Shown here: piece by piece, positions 19,244 through 29,355 of the stretch
Numbering within the stretch: the first letter of the stretch is position 1
How the letters are laid out: each line of letters begins with the position of its first letter
Source of the DNA: Thermoprotei archaeon
GTDB lineage: Archaea > Thermoproteota > Thermoprotei > Thermoproteales > B15-G16
Reading direction: 5' to 3'
Assembly (NCBI GenBank): GCA_003649205.1
Contig: QMRC01000005.1
Coordinates: forward strand, 59,821-123,820
Length of the DNA: 64,000 nt
The notes under the pieces: generated by a model
What the model was told of the DNA's origin: nothing
Seen by the model: the letters and a program-made list of their open reading frames with translations, nothing else
The model's database searches: none
Made by a program: the position numbers and the translations under genes

Positions 19244-20041
19244 CTAGGAACTAGACTTCCTGAATTTTGATACTCTTCTAGCAACCATGCTAGCTATGAC
19301 ACCAGCACCTACACCATTGTCGATATTAACGACTGCTACACCGAGGGTACATGATTGTAGCATTGAGAGTATAGCAGCTAAACCCTTGCCGCCCAAACCA
19401 TATCCCACAGATCGTGGAACAGCAATCACTGGAACATCTAGGAAGGATGCGATTACCGAGGGTAATGCACCTTCCATACCAGCAACAACAACTACGATGT
19501 CTGGATCAAACTCCAGTATCTTCCTAATGGCGTAGAGTGCTCTACACATGTTTGCAATACCGACATCGTACACAGTTAATACAGTACATCCCATCTCCTC
19601 AGCAATGACCTTAACCTCCTCAGCAATAGGGATATCAGCTGTACCAGCAGCCACAACAGCTACCCTACCTCCATGTTGCTCCTGTTCGAGATCTTTCCTC
19701 TTCACCACAATAATTCTAGCCTCTTCTCTAACCTCAAGAATGTACCCGAGAGAGCTGAAATCAATTGACTTCAGCACCTTAATATGCTCTGGTTTAACTC
19801 GACTAATGATTACCTTTGGTTCTCCTCTCTTAACGAGGTTTAAGACAATTTCCTTCACGATTTCAGGTGCCTTAGGTTCAGCAAAAACAATTTCAGGTAC
19901 TCCTCTTCTAACATACCTACCAATATCGTAGAGTACGTATCTTGTAACCTCCTCAAATTGATAAAGTTTGATCAGCTTCTCAGCTTCATCTATTGATAAT
20001 TGTCTTGAACGTACTTTCTCAAGTATGCTTCTCAAATCCAT
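19244..20041 (-). CDS. larB: LarB / AIR-carboxylase (PurE)-related protein
   Basis: D..R..R.GVPE, AGTADIPIAEE, DVG, AGMEGALPSV, SVGYG, MLQSC and VNIDNG.GA. Confidence 0.9.
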   Translation of the reverse strand: MDLRSILEKVRSRQLSIDEAEKLIKLYQFEEVTRYVLYDIGRYVRRGVPEIVFAEPKAPEIVKEIVLNLVKRGEPKVIISRVKPEHIKVLKSIDFSSLGYILEVREEARIIVVKRKDLEQEQHGGRVAVVAAGTADIPIAEEVKVIAEEMGCTVLTVYDVGIANMCRALYAIRKILEFDPDIVVVVAGMEGALPSVIASFLDVPVIAVPRSVGYGLGGKGLAAILSMLQSCTLGVAVVNIDNGVGAGVIASMVARRVSKFRKSSS

Positions 20042-20243
20042 AGAGATCCCTACATTGCTTTCACATTGAACTCACTTAGGCTTACCTTTGACTTAGGCTC
20101 AATCTAACTTAATATTACTTTACTCTTACCTCAAAGAGAAGTTCTCTATACCTTGACTTGTTAACTCAGTACATGTGAAGATCTAGACCACATGCTTAAG
20201 CACTTTTAATTTCTCATTCATGAGTTTACTACGGTGATCACTG

Positions 20244-21125
20244 GTGATTATCGGTGTCGTTACGAGGAATCCACATGGATGGGCAACTAAAGAGCTGAGG
20301 AAAGCTATTGAGAAGTTAGGTCACGTACCATTTATCTTCAGATTTCGCGACATTATCGCTGAGGTTGGTTTTCCTGCAAGGGTTTTCGTTAAGGGTTGTG
20401 ATGTGTCATCGTTATCAGCTATCATAGTTAGGCCTATTGGTAGGTGTAGTCTTGAGCAAGCTATCTTTAGGATGGATGTACTTCACTGGATTGAGGATCG
20501 TGGTGTATATGTCGTGAACTCTCCATCAGCTATAGAGATTGCTGTTGATAAGTACAGGACTCTCTACCTTCTCGAGAGAGCTGGTATTCCTGTTCCTAAA
20601 ACCGTAGTTGGTGAATGCTGTGAGGAAGTTCTCAAGTACATCAATGATTTAGGTAAACCTATTGTCGTTAAACCTCTCTTCGGATCGAGAGGTTTAGGTT
20701 CGTTTAGAGTACGTAGTAAGGACTATGCATGGCGGGTTCTGAGCGACTTAGCATTCCTCAAGCACGTGCTGTATGTTCAGGAGTACATTAGACATAGAGG
20801 TCGTGATATTAGAGTTTTCGTTATTGGTGATAGAGCTGTTGCCGCGATGTATCGAGTTGCTAGAAGCTGGAAAACCAATGTTTACTTAGGTGCTAAACCT
20901 ATTAGGTTGTATCCTATTCCTCAGGAGGTTGAGGAGTTAGCGATTAAGTCGTGTAGAGTTGTTGGTTGCGAGATTGCGGGAGTAGATATTGTTGAGGATA
21001 GAGAACGTGGGTACTTAGTTCTTGAGGTAAATAGTCAACCTGGTTGGAGGGGCCTCCAGTCTGTTACTCCATTCTCCATAGCTGAGGAGATAGTGAAGTA
21101 CGTAGTTAGTAGAGTTAGAAGGTAG
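20244..21125 (+). CDS. RimK-family alpha-L-glutamate ligase (MptN/Orf5-like, H4MPT- or furan-modifying)
   Basis: ATP-grasp motifs KPLFGSRG, QEYI, DIRVFV, WKTNV, GVDI and LEVNSQPG. GxxSLEQ..FR.D.L motif; adjacent to mch. Confidence 0.85.
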   Translation: MIIGVVTRNPHGWATKELRKAIEKLGHVPFIFRFRDIIAEVGFPARVFVKGCDVSSLSAIIVRPIGRCSLEQAIFRMDVLHWIEDRGVYVVNSPSAIEIAVDKYRTLYLLERAGIPVPKTVVGECCEEVLKYINDLGKPIVVKPLFGSRGLGSFRVRSKDYAWRVLSDLAFLKHVLYVQEYIRHRGRDIRVFVIGDRAVAAMYRVARSWKTNVYLGAKPIRLYPIPQEVEELAIKSCRVVGCEIAGVDIVEDRERGYLVLEVNSQPGWRGLQSVTPFSIAEEIVKYVVSRVRR

Positions 21126-22100
21126 CTACTTCTCTGGTGTAAATGATAGTGATCTCTTGAGCATGTAGACATCGACTCTACCTGAGTAGAATACTTTGCT
21201 CGTTCTCCTGTTAGTTATCTGCACAAGAGCTACGGCAAATACTGATGGATCTAGCTTGTAGAGGTCGAAGTTAACTTCACTGAATATATCATACATCAAC
21301 CTACCACTATATTTCGAGTTTGTGAATGGTGCTTTCTCGATTATAGCTGCTATCTCAGAGTCATCGCAGTCAACTACGTAGTATGTCTCTCCTCCATACG
21401 CTATCATGTCATTTGTCTTGGCGAACATTAGGTTATAGTTTGGACAGGGTGGTGCTACTGGACATGCTCCAGAGGCTGTAATCACCTTCCTTAAGTCAAA
21501 TCCAAGGTATCTCAGCCTGTACAAACCTGTCTCGACAACTCTAGCACTTACCTGTATCGTTCCGGTCACAGAATTAAATGATGTCACTACAACATAGAGG
21601 TTCTTTGGTGATATACCACAGGCTTCAGCAACCTTAACTAGGACTCTATCTGGTGGTAGTCTATCAGTTTCAAGTACTAGAACTGCTTCATCACTTGTTT
21701 CGTGGTATTGAAACTCCTCATACCACTTCTTCGGCTTTCTAGCAAGTGCCCTAGCAGGACCTGAACCAAGAGCATAGAAGTTCTCATCTGCGATTCTCCA
21801 ACCAGCTAGTTGTGAGAGAAGGCAAGCCTCGATTGGGTAGTCCGTGTAGACTATTACACAGGGGAGTGCTAGCTCATCATACCTTCTTACCGTAAGGTCT
21901 ACACGAGCTAAACCACCTAGACTAATCTTCGACAGCTCTATACCCATGTCCATACTACCCATGGTCTCAACACCAGCATCAACAACAGTAGCACCGCAAG
22001 GATACCTATGGACCTTGACCTTGTATAGATCGGTATTCGACAGAACTCTATCCAATATTCTCAGTGCTAACTTATTCATTGAAATACCCACACCTACCAC
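21126..22100 (-). CDS. mch: Methenyltetrahydromethanopterin cyclohydrolase
   Basis: SMN, VDAG, SQLAGW, ALGSGPARAL, QVSARVVE and TND...YGG. Confidence 0.95.
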   Translation of the reverse strand: MVGVGISMNKLALRILDRVLSNTDLYKVKVHRYPCGATVVDAGVETMGSMDMGIELSKISLGGLARVDLTVRRYDELALPCVIVYTDYPIEACLLSQLAGWRIADENFYALGSGPARALARKPKKWYEEFQYHETSDEAVLVLETDRLPPDRVLVKVAEACGISPKNLYVVVTSFNSVTGTIQVSARVVETGLYRLRYLGFDLRKVITASGACPVAPPCPNYNLMFAKTNDMIAYGGETYYVVDCDDSEIAAIIEKAPFTNSKYSGRLMYDIFSEVNFDLYKLDPSVFAVALVQITNRRTSKVFYSGRVDVYMLKRSLSFTPEK

Positions 22101-22951
22101 CCCAACAGCTCAGTCAGGTACCTCAGGTGACTATTTTTATCCAAGGAAATGAATAACCTCCCACTACAACTAATGTCAGCCATTGCATCTCCTCTCAAAA
22201 GTAGGAATGTTCCTCTATACTCTCTTCCTAACTCCTTAACACGAACCTTCTCAGCTATGGAATCGATGTAGAACGTGGGTACAATATCATCAACCCTACC
22301 TAGAATCACTATTCGACCATCCCTCATGTTTAAGCCAGGATAACCCTTACAATCACCCTCGATAACGATAGTACCACCACGCATATTCACACCAGGTAGA
22401 GCATCTGAAGAACCTTCAACAACTACTACACCACCTCTCATACCTCTACCAACCTCAGCACCAGCTGAACCATGAATTATAATGATACCACCTCTCATAC
22501 CCTTCCCTGGCTTCTCTCCAGGTAATGAAGCACCTACATAATTACCCACATCACCATAAACCTCAATAAAGCCACCACACATGTGTGTACCTAGCCAATC
22601 ACCTACATTACCACGAACAATAACACGACCTCCAGTCATTCCATAGCCTAAGAATGCACCTACATCACCCTCAATGATGACATTACCTCCAGTCATCCTC
22701 CTACAGATCTCTCTAACCTTACTAAAATCACCAACTAAGTGAAGCGTAATCTCTTCAACACTACTAGGTACTGAACCCTGATACTCAATGTCGAATAATT
22801 CGGTTAGAGGTACCTTCTTAGAACCTTCAAGAACGTACACATCAGTAAGTTCTCTAGGTGACTTACCCACAAAGGTATCAGGCCTGAGAACAGAAGCGTA
22901 TACAGGTACCTTGAACAAAGTCCTTGGTTTGACGTAGATTTCAACGACCAT
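22094..22951 (-). CDS. fwdC: Formylmethanofuran dehydrogenase subunit C
   Basis: Repeated G..M.GG.I.I.G beta-helix units (GXGXG domain); located in the fwd operon. Confidence 0.95.
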   Translation of the reverse strand: MVVEIYVKPRTLFKVPVYASVLRPDTFVGKSPRELTDVYVLEGSKKVPLTELFDIEYQGSVPSSVEEITLHLVGDFSKVREICRRMTGGNVIIEGDVGAFLGYGMTGGRVIVRGNVGDWLGTHMCGGFIEVYGDVGNYVGASLPGEKPGKGMRGGIIIIHGSAGAEVGRGMRGGVVVVEGSSDALPGVNMRGGTIVIEGDCKGYPGLNMRDGRIVILGRVDDIVPTFYIDSIAEKVRVKELGREYRGTFLLLRGDAMADISCSGRLFISLDKNSHLRYLTELLGW

Positions 22952-22953
22952 AC

Positions 22954-24666
22954 CTAAACCCTCGAAATTACCTTGACCTCCTTAACACTTCTCAACTCTT
23001 CAATTCTAACCTCGTAAGTACTTAGAGAAACGCTGTACCAACGCTTAAACCATTGCTCAATTTCCGCTTTAACAGATTTTTCGAGATCAGGTGACACAAC
23101 TGGATTAATGTAGTACGTTGAACCATAGATAACTCTCGTGACCTCACCGTCCTTAACAACGACCTCACCACCCTTGATGACGTACTTAGCTCTACGTAGA
23201 GCCTTAATCAACTTCTCGTAATCCCTACTGGGATCTACCTCACGAGGATCAATATCGTAGATAGCTACATCAGCATCAGCACCAACACCTAGATGCCCCT
23301 TAGTCTTCTCTAAACCAAGTAACTTCGCAGGAGCGGCACGTGTAATGATAACAAACTCAGTCCAAGTATACTCCCTATCTATGCTAGGTAAGATGCACTT
23401 CCTCAACCCCCTCTCATTTAGCTTCTTCATAACTTCATCTCTAGCTCTCTTACTCATCAACCAAGCAACGATCCACGGATACCTAGTGAAGGGTCCACCA
23501 TTTGGGTGATCAGTCGATATCACTACCCTCCAAGGATCACGAACGAGGAGAGCAATCTCCAAACCAATACACCACTGAATAGTATTCACGTAACTCTTCT
23601 TACGGTACTTATACGGAACAATACCAGCAGCACACTCACACTCAGCATCTGTACTTGACCACTTCCACTTAGTTAAGTGATATAGTACGTACTCGTAAGG
23701 TGCATCAGCAGTCATCGTCGTCTGTGTACCAAAGATCACTTGACCAAGATCGATACTAACTCTGGGATTCCTATTAATTTCCCTAGCTAACTCCTCACTA
23801 GCACTACGTAGATTACCCCAAGTCTCACCACCATAAGCATTGAACTGAATGTGAGTTATGTGCATGATGGGTCTATCAAGTATAGGGAACTTCTCCGTCA
23901 ACCTAATGGTTTCGAGAGTTGTCTCGTAATTACCTGGAAAGCCAAGTCTATTGCAGTGGATATGAACTTTGTGCGGTATACCCAGTCTAATGCATGCATC
24001 AAGTGTGTACTCGATTATATCTCTCGGCTTAACACCCCAGCCTGGAATCTCATCGTCAAGACTAATCCCTATACCACGACCCCAACCCCAAGCTTCACCA
24101 GCACCTGGATCAACTAACTTAACAGCATATCCCTTAACTGTCCTCAATAGCCAAGCGATGTAGGTAGCTACCTTATCTCTAGCATCTTCGCGAATGAATT
24201 TAAGGATAAACCAATTCGAATCGAAGAGAGGTAGCATGGCCTTGTCCACGTACGGAATGTCGTCAAGCTCCTCGTGTGTATGTCTAGACTTGATAGGTGG
24301 TGAAGCTGGTTCAATAATCATGGTGTAACCCATCCTGATATACCGATACCCAATTACAGTAGTTGATGGTGTTGTTTTACCAGAACCACTATGTCTCCTG
24401 CCTGGAATGTACCTCAGTATGCTAACCCTATGATCTTCAGGTCTCATTACCCTACCTAGGTTAACCTTTGGACCTGCTACGTGAGTGTGCAGATCTATGC
24501 CACCAGGTACAACGAGCATGCCCCTAGCATCTATTACGTAGGCTTCCTTGGGATCCACCTTCTCAGTGGGTACTATCTTACCGTCTTTAATGGCTATATC
24601 CATTACCTCTCCTTCAATACCATTTAGTGGGTCGTACACTACTCCATTCCTAATCAATATCTCCAT
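22954..24666 (-). CDS. fwdA: Formylmethanofuran dehydrogenase subunit A (binuclear amidohydrolase)
   Basis: DLHTHVAGPKVN.GR, RHTHEE, K.V.PG, HIHCN, TMTAD, STDHPNGGPF and KGHLG.GADAD. Confidence 0.97.
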   Translation of the reverse strand: MEILIRNGVVYDPLNGIEGEVMDIAIKDGKIVPTEKVDPKEAYVIDARGMLVVPGGIDLHTHVAGPKVNLGRVMRPEDHRVSILRYIPGRRHSGSGKTTPSTTVIGYRYIRMGYTMIIEPASPPIKSRHTHEELDDIPYVDKAMLPLFDSNWFILKFIREDARDKVATYIAWLLRTVKGYAVKLVDPGAGEAWGWGRGIGISLDDEIPGWGVKPRDIIEYTLDACIRLGIPHKVHIHCNRLGFPGNYETTLETIRLTEKFPILDRPIMHITHIQFNAYGGETWGNLRSASEELAREINRNPRVSIDLGQVIFGTQTTMTADAPYEYVLYHLTKWKWSSTDAECECAAGIVPYKYRKKSYVNTIQWCIGLEIALLVRDPWRVVISTDHPNGGPFTRYPWIVAWLMSKRARDEVMKKLNERGLRKCILPSIDREYTWTEFVIITRAAPAKLLGLEKTKGHLGVGADADVAIYDIDPREVDPSRDYEKLIKALRRAKYVIKGGEVVVKDGEVTRVIYGSTYYINPVVSPDLEKSVKAEIEQWFKRWYSVSLSTYEVRIEELRSVKEVKVISRV

Positions 24667-24670
24667 ACAA

Positions 24671-26377
24671 TCACCTCCTTAGCTTCTCCATGACTTTAGC
24701 ATATATGTCGTATAGGATTACGTGATCTGGCCTAATGCCAGGTGGTGGCTCTACTACTTTCCTCATTCTAATTGGTACGTGATCCATTCTATACGCTGTA
24801 CCCTCACACTCGATACCTACAATAGCTGAAGGTATTATGTAGTCTGCCATGCATGCTGTCAAACTACACTTCGGATCTATGACTATGAGCGGTACCTTAC
24901 TCATGCTCTCAACAGCTCTCTTCGGCATGTGTGCTGCTGGGTCAGATGCAATAACTAAAACAGCATCGCAATCTCCTCTGAGTAATATGTCTGTTGATGT
25001 TGTTAGACCTGGTATGTGTCTCGGATAACCCTTAGCAAATTCAATTGCATAGGGGTAACCCGTTAACCAGCATAGTGCAGCATTTGTCCCTGTTACATTG
25101 TAGTGTCCTCTCATTGGTATAAGTACAAACTTAGTCCACTTATTCAGATCTTGGACCAGTCTAATCGCTTCAACGATGTTCCAGTACTTCCCCCTAGTCA
25201 TTGTGATTCCGAGACCGAAGAACAGTACTCCAAACCTAGCTGATATCATTAATTCAGCAAGTTCATAGACCTTTTCTACAGGTACACCAGCAACCTCAGG
25301 TACCTCTAGCTCAAGCTCATTCACTACTGCTCTTAGTGCACGAAGTAGCTCAAGGTCTTTATTCGGCTTTACCTTGATAAAGAGATCAGCTACCTTAGCT
25401 ATCTCCGTCTCCCTAACATCAACTACAACAACCTTCCTATTCTTTCTACCACCAATGAAGAAACCTTGGGCAAGGTACGTGTACCTAACTCCATGTCTTA
25501 GATGTGCTGCAAGTGGATTACAGCCCCAGTAGATTATTAAGTCAGCTCTATTCTTGATCTGACCTAACGTAGCAGTTACCACACCAACTTCCTGCTCAGC
25601 AAGTATTGTAGGTCCATGACAGAATACAGCAGTATTATCGATAACTCCACCTAGTGCTTCTGCAAGCTTAACCCCGATTCTGAGTGCTTCATTCGATGAA
25701 CTTGACCAACCGAAGAGTAGTGGGTACTTCGAGTTAACCAGTACTTCAGCTACCTCATCAACTATCTTCTCATACGGTACCTCAATGAACTTATCACCTT
25801 GTCTCTTGTATGGCTTTAGGATCCTGTTACGGTAGTGATTCAGGAACTTAGACATACCTAGTACACAAGCTCTCTCAACCTTCACAACCCTGTTACCAAC
25901 AACGTGAACCACAAGGTCATCACATACACATCCACAGAAAGGACAAGCAACATCAGTGAACACCTGCTCAGGACCTGGAACCTTCTCTACCTCCGTTCGA
26001 GGTGGTAGCAAGTACTTGGGTACTAATCTAGAGAGAGGAGTTACTTCTTCACCTGTCTTCTCTACCACAACCTTAATACCCTTGAAATCAGGCATACCAG
26101 AGCCATGTGTGTCAGGTCTCACCACAGCATTAGCCCATGGGCCTAAGGGCATGAAGCAGATTCCTGGCGACCTACCCTTAGCTCTCTTAACCTTAACAAC
26201 TACCTCACCAAACTCACTCCGAACCTTAACCCTATCACCTTCACTAACACCAAGCACCTTCATATCTTCCTCATCTAGAAATACAGCAGCAACAGAGTTC
26301 TCGTACTCATGACTTATCTTATCTTCAACAAACCTTCCCTGTTCAACAATTCTACCAGTGACTAGGATAAGTTCCAT
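24671..26377 (-). CDS. fwdB: Fused formylmethanofuran dehydrogenase subunits D+B (Mo/W-bis-PGD)
   Basis: The first ~115 aa are FwdD (TGR, GPWAN, GMPDFKG). FwdB follows, with CPFCGCVCDD, CHGPT (metal-ligand Cys), MRGHYNV and GTAYRMD. Confidence 0.93.
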   Translation of the reverse strand: MELILVTGRIVEQGRFVEDKISHEYENSVAAVFLDEEDMKVLGVSEGDRVKVRSEFGEVVVKVKRAKGRSPGICFMPLGPWANAVVRPDTHGSGMPDFKGIKVVVEKTGEEVTPLSRLVPKYLLPPRTEVEKVPGPEQVFTDVACPFCGCVCDDLVVHVVGNRVVKVERACVLGMSKFLNHYRNRILKPYKRQGDKFIEVPYEKIVDEVAEVLVNSKYPLLFGWSSSSNEALRIGVKLAEALGGVIDNTAVFCHGPTILAEQEVGVVTATLGQIKNRADLIIYWGCNPLAAHLRHGVRYTYLAQGFFIGGRKNRKVVVVDVRETEIAKVADLFIKVKPNKDLELLRALRAVVNELELEVPEVAGVPVEKVYELAELMISARFGVLFFGLGITMTRGKYWNIVEAIRLVQDLNKWTKFVLIPMRGHYNVTGTNAALCWLTGYPYAIEFAKGYPRHIPGLTTSTDILLRGDCDAVLVIASDPAAHMPKRAVESMSKVPLIVIDPKCSLTACMADYIIPSAIVGIECEGTAYRMDHVPIRMRKVVEPPPGIRPDHVILYDIYAKVMEKLRR

Positions 26378-26434
26378 ACATAGGGTTTAAAGGTCAATAA
26401 CTAAATTTTTCAGTTTTCCACGACCATACAGCCA

Positions 26435-27319
26435 CTACGTAAGAGATTTCTTACGAATGACAACTATAGGACAATGCCTAAACCTTAAGAGATCACTCCA
26501 GGTAACCTCATGAAACTCCTTACCCACCCTACGTGACACATCGAGAACAGTTCTTCCCAAACCAAAACCCCTAACCCTCTCAGCAATCCTAGCTACCTCA
26601 AGTAACTCAGCAACATTCTCCAGAGTAACAGGTACTGAAGAACCAACAATCGTCGGGTACTCACTGAATACATACCTGAAGAACCTACCTAAGAAATACC
26701 CGAAGAAACCAAGGTTCTTAGCCCAGGGAATACAGGTACTCCTCGTAGCGAGAATAATACGTGGATTACACTTATGGACGTACAGCCTATCACTATCAAC
26801 AATCAAAACCTTAACACGAACACCTAACTCGCTAAGTATTGTACCCGAAATTAGTTTAGCGACTCTAGTAGCTGTATCAGGACTAAGAGGTAGTGAAACC
26901 AATTTGTAAGGTACATTTGTCGCATCAACACCAGCCTCACCAATAGGCTTGAGGAAGTGACGTACACCATAGCTAATAAGTACAAACTTCTTGTGCTTAC
27001 TACCATCAGTAATCGGGTAGTGAAGCAATAACTCAACGAACTCTCTACGCAATTTCAGAATTTTTACCAAGAATAGACCACAGAACACTCTCTGGTAAAG
27101 TAGAGTGATGACCTTGTCTAAGCTGCTGACCGGTATCAGATCTTCATCAAAGAGATTTCCAAGGGCAGTGGATATTGCCTTCTCAGAAATGACTAAGTAA
27201 TCACCATCATGAATGATACCATGGAGTAACTCTCTAACCTTCTTCACAACGTTAGTTCCGGGTAACCAGTATCTACAATACCTCCTAAGTACTCTAAATC
27301 TACGTCTAGTTGAAGACAC
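26435..27319 (-). CDS. CofE-like gamma-glutamyl ligase family protein
   Basis: YW.PG, DYLVISEKAIS.A.G, GVD.TN.P, IVDSD and PIVVIR; lies between ftr and fwdDB. Confidence 0.7.
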   Translation of the reverse strand: MSSTRRRFRVLRRYCRYWLPGTNVVKKVRELLHGIIHDGDYLVISEKAISTALGNLFDEDLIPVSSLDKVITLLYQRVFCGLFLVKILKLRREFVELLLHYPITDGSKHKKFVLISYGVRHFLKPIGEAGVDATNVPYKLVSLPLSPDTATRVAKLISGTILSELGVRVKVLIVDSDRLYVHKCNPRIILATRSTCIPWAKNLGFFGYFLGRFFRYVFSEYPTIVGSSVPVTLENVAELLEVARIAERVRGFGLGRTVLDVSRRVGKEFHEVTWSDLLRFRHCPIVVIRKKSLT

Positions 27320-27321
27320 AA

Positions 27322-28278
27322 TTAGATTTTCTCAAGTAACTTCCTCTCTTCCAACCACTTGAGAGCGTAGTCGAATGATTCTAGTAGTGGTATCCTGTAC
27401 CTTCCCAGCTTTCCACCAAAGTTAACCGATGTTATCTTGATGACACCATTCACCTTGGCTGCTGCTATGGCACCAACACCCATAGCTAGCTTAACGTACT
27501 CCTCCTTAAGTCCATTTATAACAATTTCGTAAACACAGTTCACATTAGGTGGGACCTTAGTGTCAGGTACCTTACCTCTCAGCGTTGGACAGTAGGGGTG
27601 GTTTGTTGATGCAGGTAGCTTCGGATACCTATTTGAACCAACCTTTGAACCTGATCTCACGATACCACCAGGGAATGGACATATGACGTAGGGGCAAAGT
27701 CTCCTAATTGCTCTAACAGCTTCTGTAGCAGCTCTCAATCCTGAATCTAGGTCTCTAGCTAGGATCACAATGTTACCACCAGCAACACCCGAAACAACGC
27801 CAACACTATCCTCAACAATGAACTCACCCTCCATGACAGGTATTCTCCACACAGTTCTACCGTACATAGCATCCTTTACCTCGTAACCATCACCAAACTT
27901 AGCAATAGACTGACCTATCCTAAGTCTCCTCCTCACCTTAGGTAGTCCATCGAAGAGAGCTGTAGTAGGACACGTAAGTACTGTCTGTCCAACTCGAGCA
28001 AGTACCTGCACCTTGAGTTCAGGTATCGATCTGTGGTAGATCTGTATGTAGACTCCTGGTCTCCCATCTGGAGTGCTCTTAGGGGATACTAGCTTCTCTA
28101 TACCTGCTTCAGCAGGGCACGCAATTATCGATGTAGCGAAACCAGTAGCACACCTAGCAGCGGTGAGAGCCCACTTCCTGTCCCTAGCAGTTATCAGTAA
28201 CCTCGTTCCATACATTGGAAATGCTTCAGCAAATGAATCCTCAAGTTTCTTTCTCAGCTCCTCAATCGAGTTCATCAC
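27322..28278 (-). CDS. ftr: Formylmethanofuran:tetrahydromethanopterin formyltransferase
   Basis: DSFAEAF, TGFATSII.CPAEAGI, TPDGRPG, GQ.VLTCPT, FGDG, SGSKVGS, YEIVING and NFGGKLG. Confidence 0.97.
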   Translation of the reverse strand: MMNSIEELRKKLEDSFAEAFPMYGTRLLITARDRKWALTAARCATGFATSIIACPAEAGIEKLVSPKSTPDGRPGVYIQIYHRSIPELKVQVLARVGQTVLTCPTTALFDGLPKVRRRLRIGQSIAKFGDGYEVKDAMYGRTVWRIPVMEGEFIVEDSVGVVSGVAGGNIVILARDLDSGLRAATEAVRAIRRLCPYVICPFPGGIVRSGSKVGSNRYPKLPASTNHPYCPTLRGKVPDTKVPPNVNCVYEIVINGLKEEYVKLAMGVGAIAAAKVNGVIKITSVNFGGKLGRYRIPLLESFDYALKWLEERKLLEKI

Positions 28279-28326
28279 GGGGGTTATTGTTCCTCAAGTT
28301 ATTTAAGCGTTTGAACGGTCTCTCAG

Positions 28327-29355
28327 ATGGGTAACTTCATGGGATTGATTGAGGGTTACTACGTTAAGGTACGTAGTGGTGACATATTCGCAGTAAAGGA
28401 CGTAGTTCAGCCACCAGGTAAGGTCGTTGCTTATCCAAAGTACGTACTTACTCCTAGTGGCTCTAGAATATGTAGAGAGGATGGTGCTAGGTATAGGAAG
28501 GTAGAGACTGTTCCTGAGTTATACCGTGTCCTTTATGAAAGGTACGGAAACTACATTGTGTATGACGTATTTTACGGTAGAGAAGTTCCTGAAATTCCTC
28601 TATCCGATGTGGTTAGGATATATGATCCTCGAGTAAAGCTTCAAGAGTTAATGAAATCTCCACTACAGGATAGTGTAGTCAGGGATGTCGTTGATTTCTG
28701 TAGATTACTCTCTAGGGTAACTCCCACTGATAGTATTGGTGTTTCGGGTTCAGTTCTAGTTTCTTTACATGAAGGTTCATCAGATATTGATGTCGTGGTT
28801 TATGGTCGTGAACATGGGTTCAGAGTGTACGGTTATCTGGAGAACCTAGTTAATGTAAGTACTGATGTTCGGAGATACGATGAGGTTCTACTAAAAAGAC
28901 TGTACATTTCAAGGGGTAGAGAAACTCCAATGGATTTCACGACATTTGTTAGGCATGAGGAGAGACGTGTTCTTGAGGGATTGTTTAGGGGGAGAGAGTA
29001 CTTCATAAGGCTTATTCAGCTACCTAGCGAACTTGATGTAAGATACGGTACTTACGTAGTTCGGAAGCTAGGTACCTGTGTATTGAAGGCTATCGTTGTT
29101 GATGCTAGTGAATCAATATTTACGCCCTGTAGGTACAGGATTAAGGTCATTGAATTCCTAGAGGGTTCTGAGAGGGAGGTTTGTGAGGTATATAGTTTGA
29201 GAGGTAGGTTCTGTGAACTTGCTAGTGAAGGTGATACCGTGATATGTCGTGGTACTCTTGAGGAAGTTCACTACGTAGAGAGTGGAGAAGTTAGGTATAG
29301 AGTGTACCTAGGTGATACAGGAGATTACTTAGTGAATCTAGCACTTAAGTACTGA
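28327..29355 (+). CDS. Pol-beta-fold nucleotidyltransferase, COG1665-like (paralog 1)
   Basis: GVSGS..V.LH...SDIDVVVYG, N-terminal F.VK...PP....Y.KY, and an OB-like C-terminus. Confidence 0.78.
   Translation: MGNFMGLIEGYYVKVRSGDIFAVKDVVQPPGKVVAYPKYVLTPSGSRICREDGARYRKVETVPELYRVLYERYGNYIVYDVFYGREVPEIPLSDVVRIYDPRVKLQELMKSPLQDSVVRDVVDFCRLLSRVTPTDSIGVSGSVLVSLHEGSSDIDVVVYGREHGFRVYGYLENLVNVSTDVRRYDEVLLKRLYISRGRETPMDFTTFVRHEERRVLEGLFRGREYFIRLIQLPSELDVRYGTYVVRKLGTCVLKAIVVDASESIFTPCRYRIKVIEFLEGSEREVCEVYSLRGRFCELASEGDTVICRGTLEEVHYVESGEVRYRVYLGDTGDYLVNLALKY

Noticed and set aside
24671-26377. Selenocysteine-containing FwuB
   Set aside because: The active-site residue is an ordinary Cys codon and the frame has no internal TGA.
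21126-28278. Evidence of methanogenesis
   Set aside because: No mcr, mtr, mer, mtd or hdr here; Fwd/Ftr/Mch alone do not imply methane metabolism.
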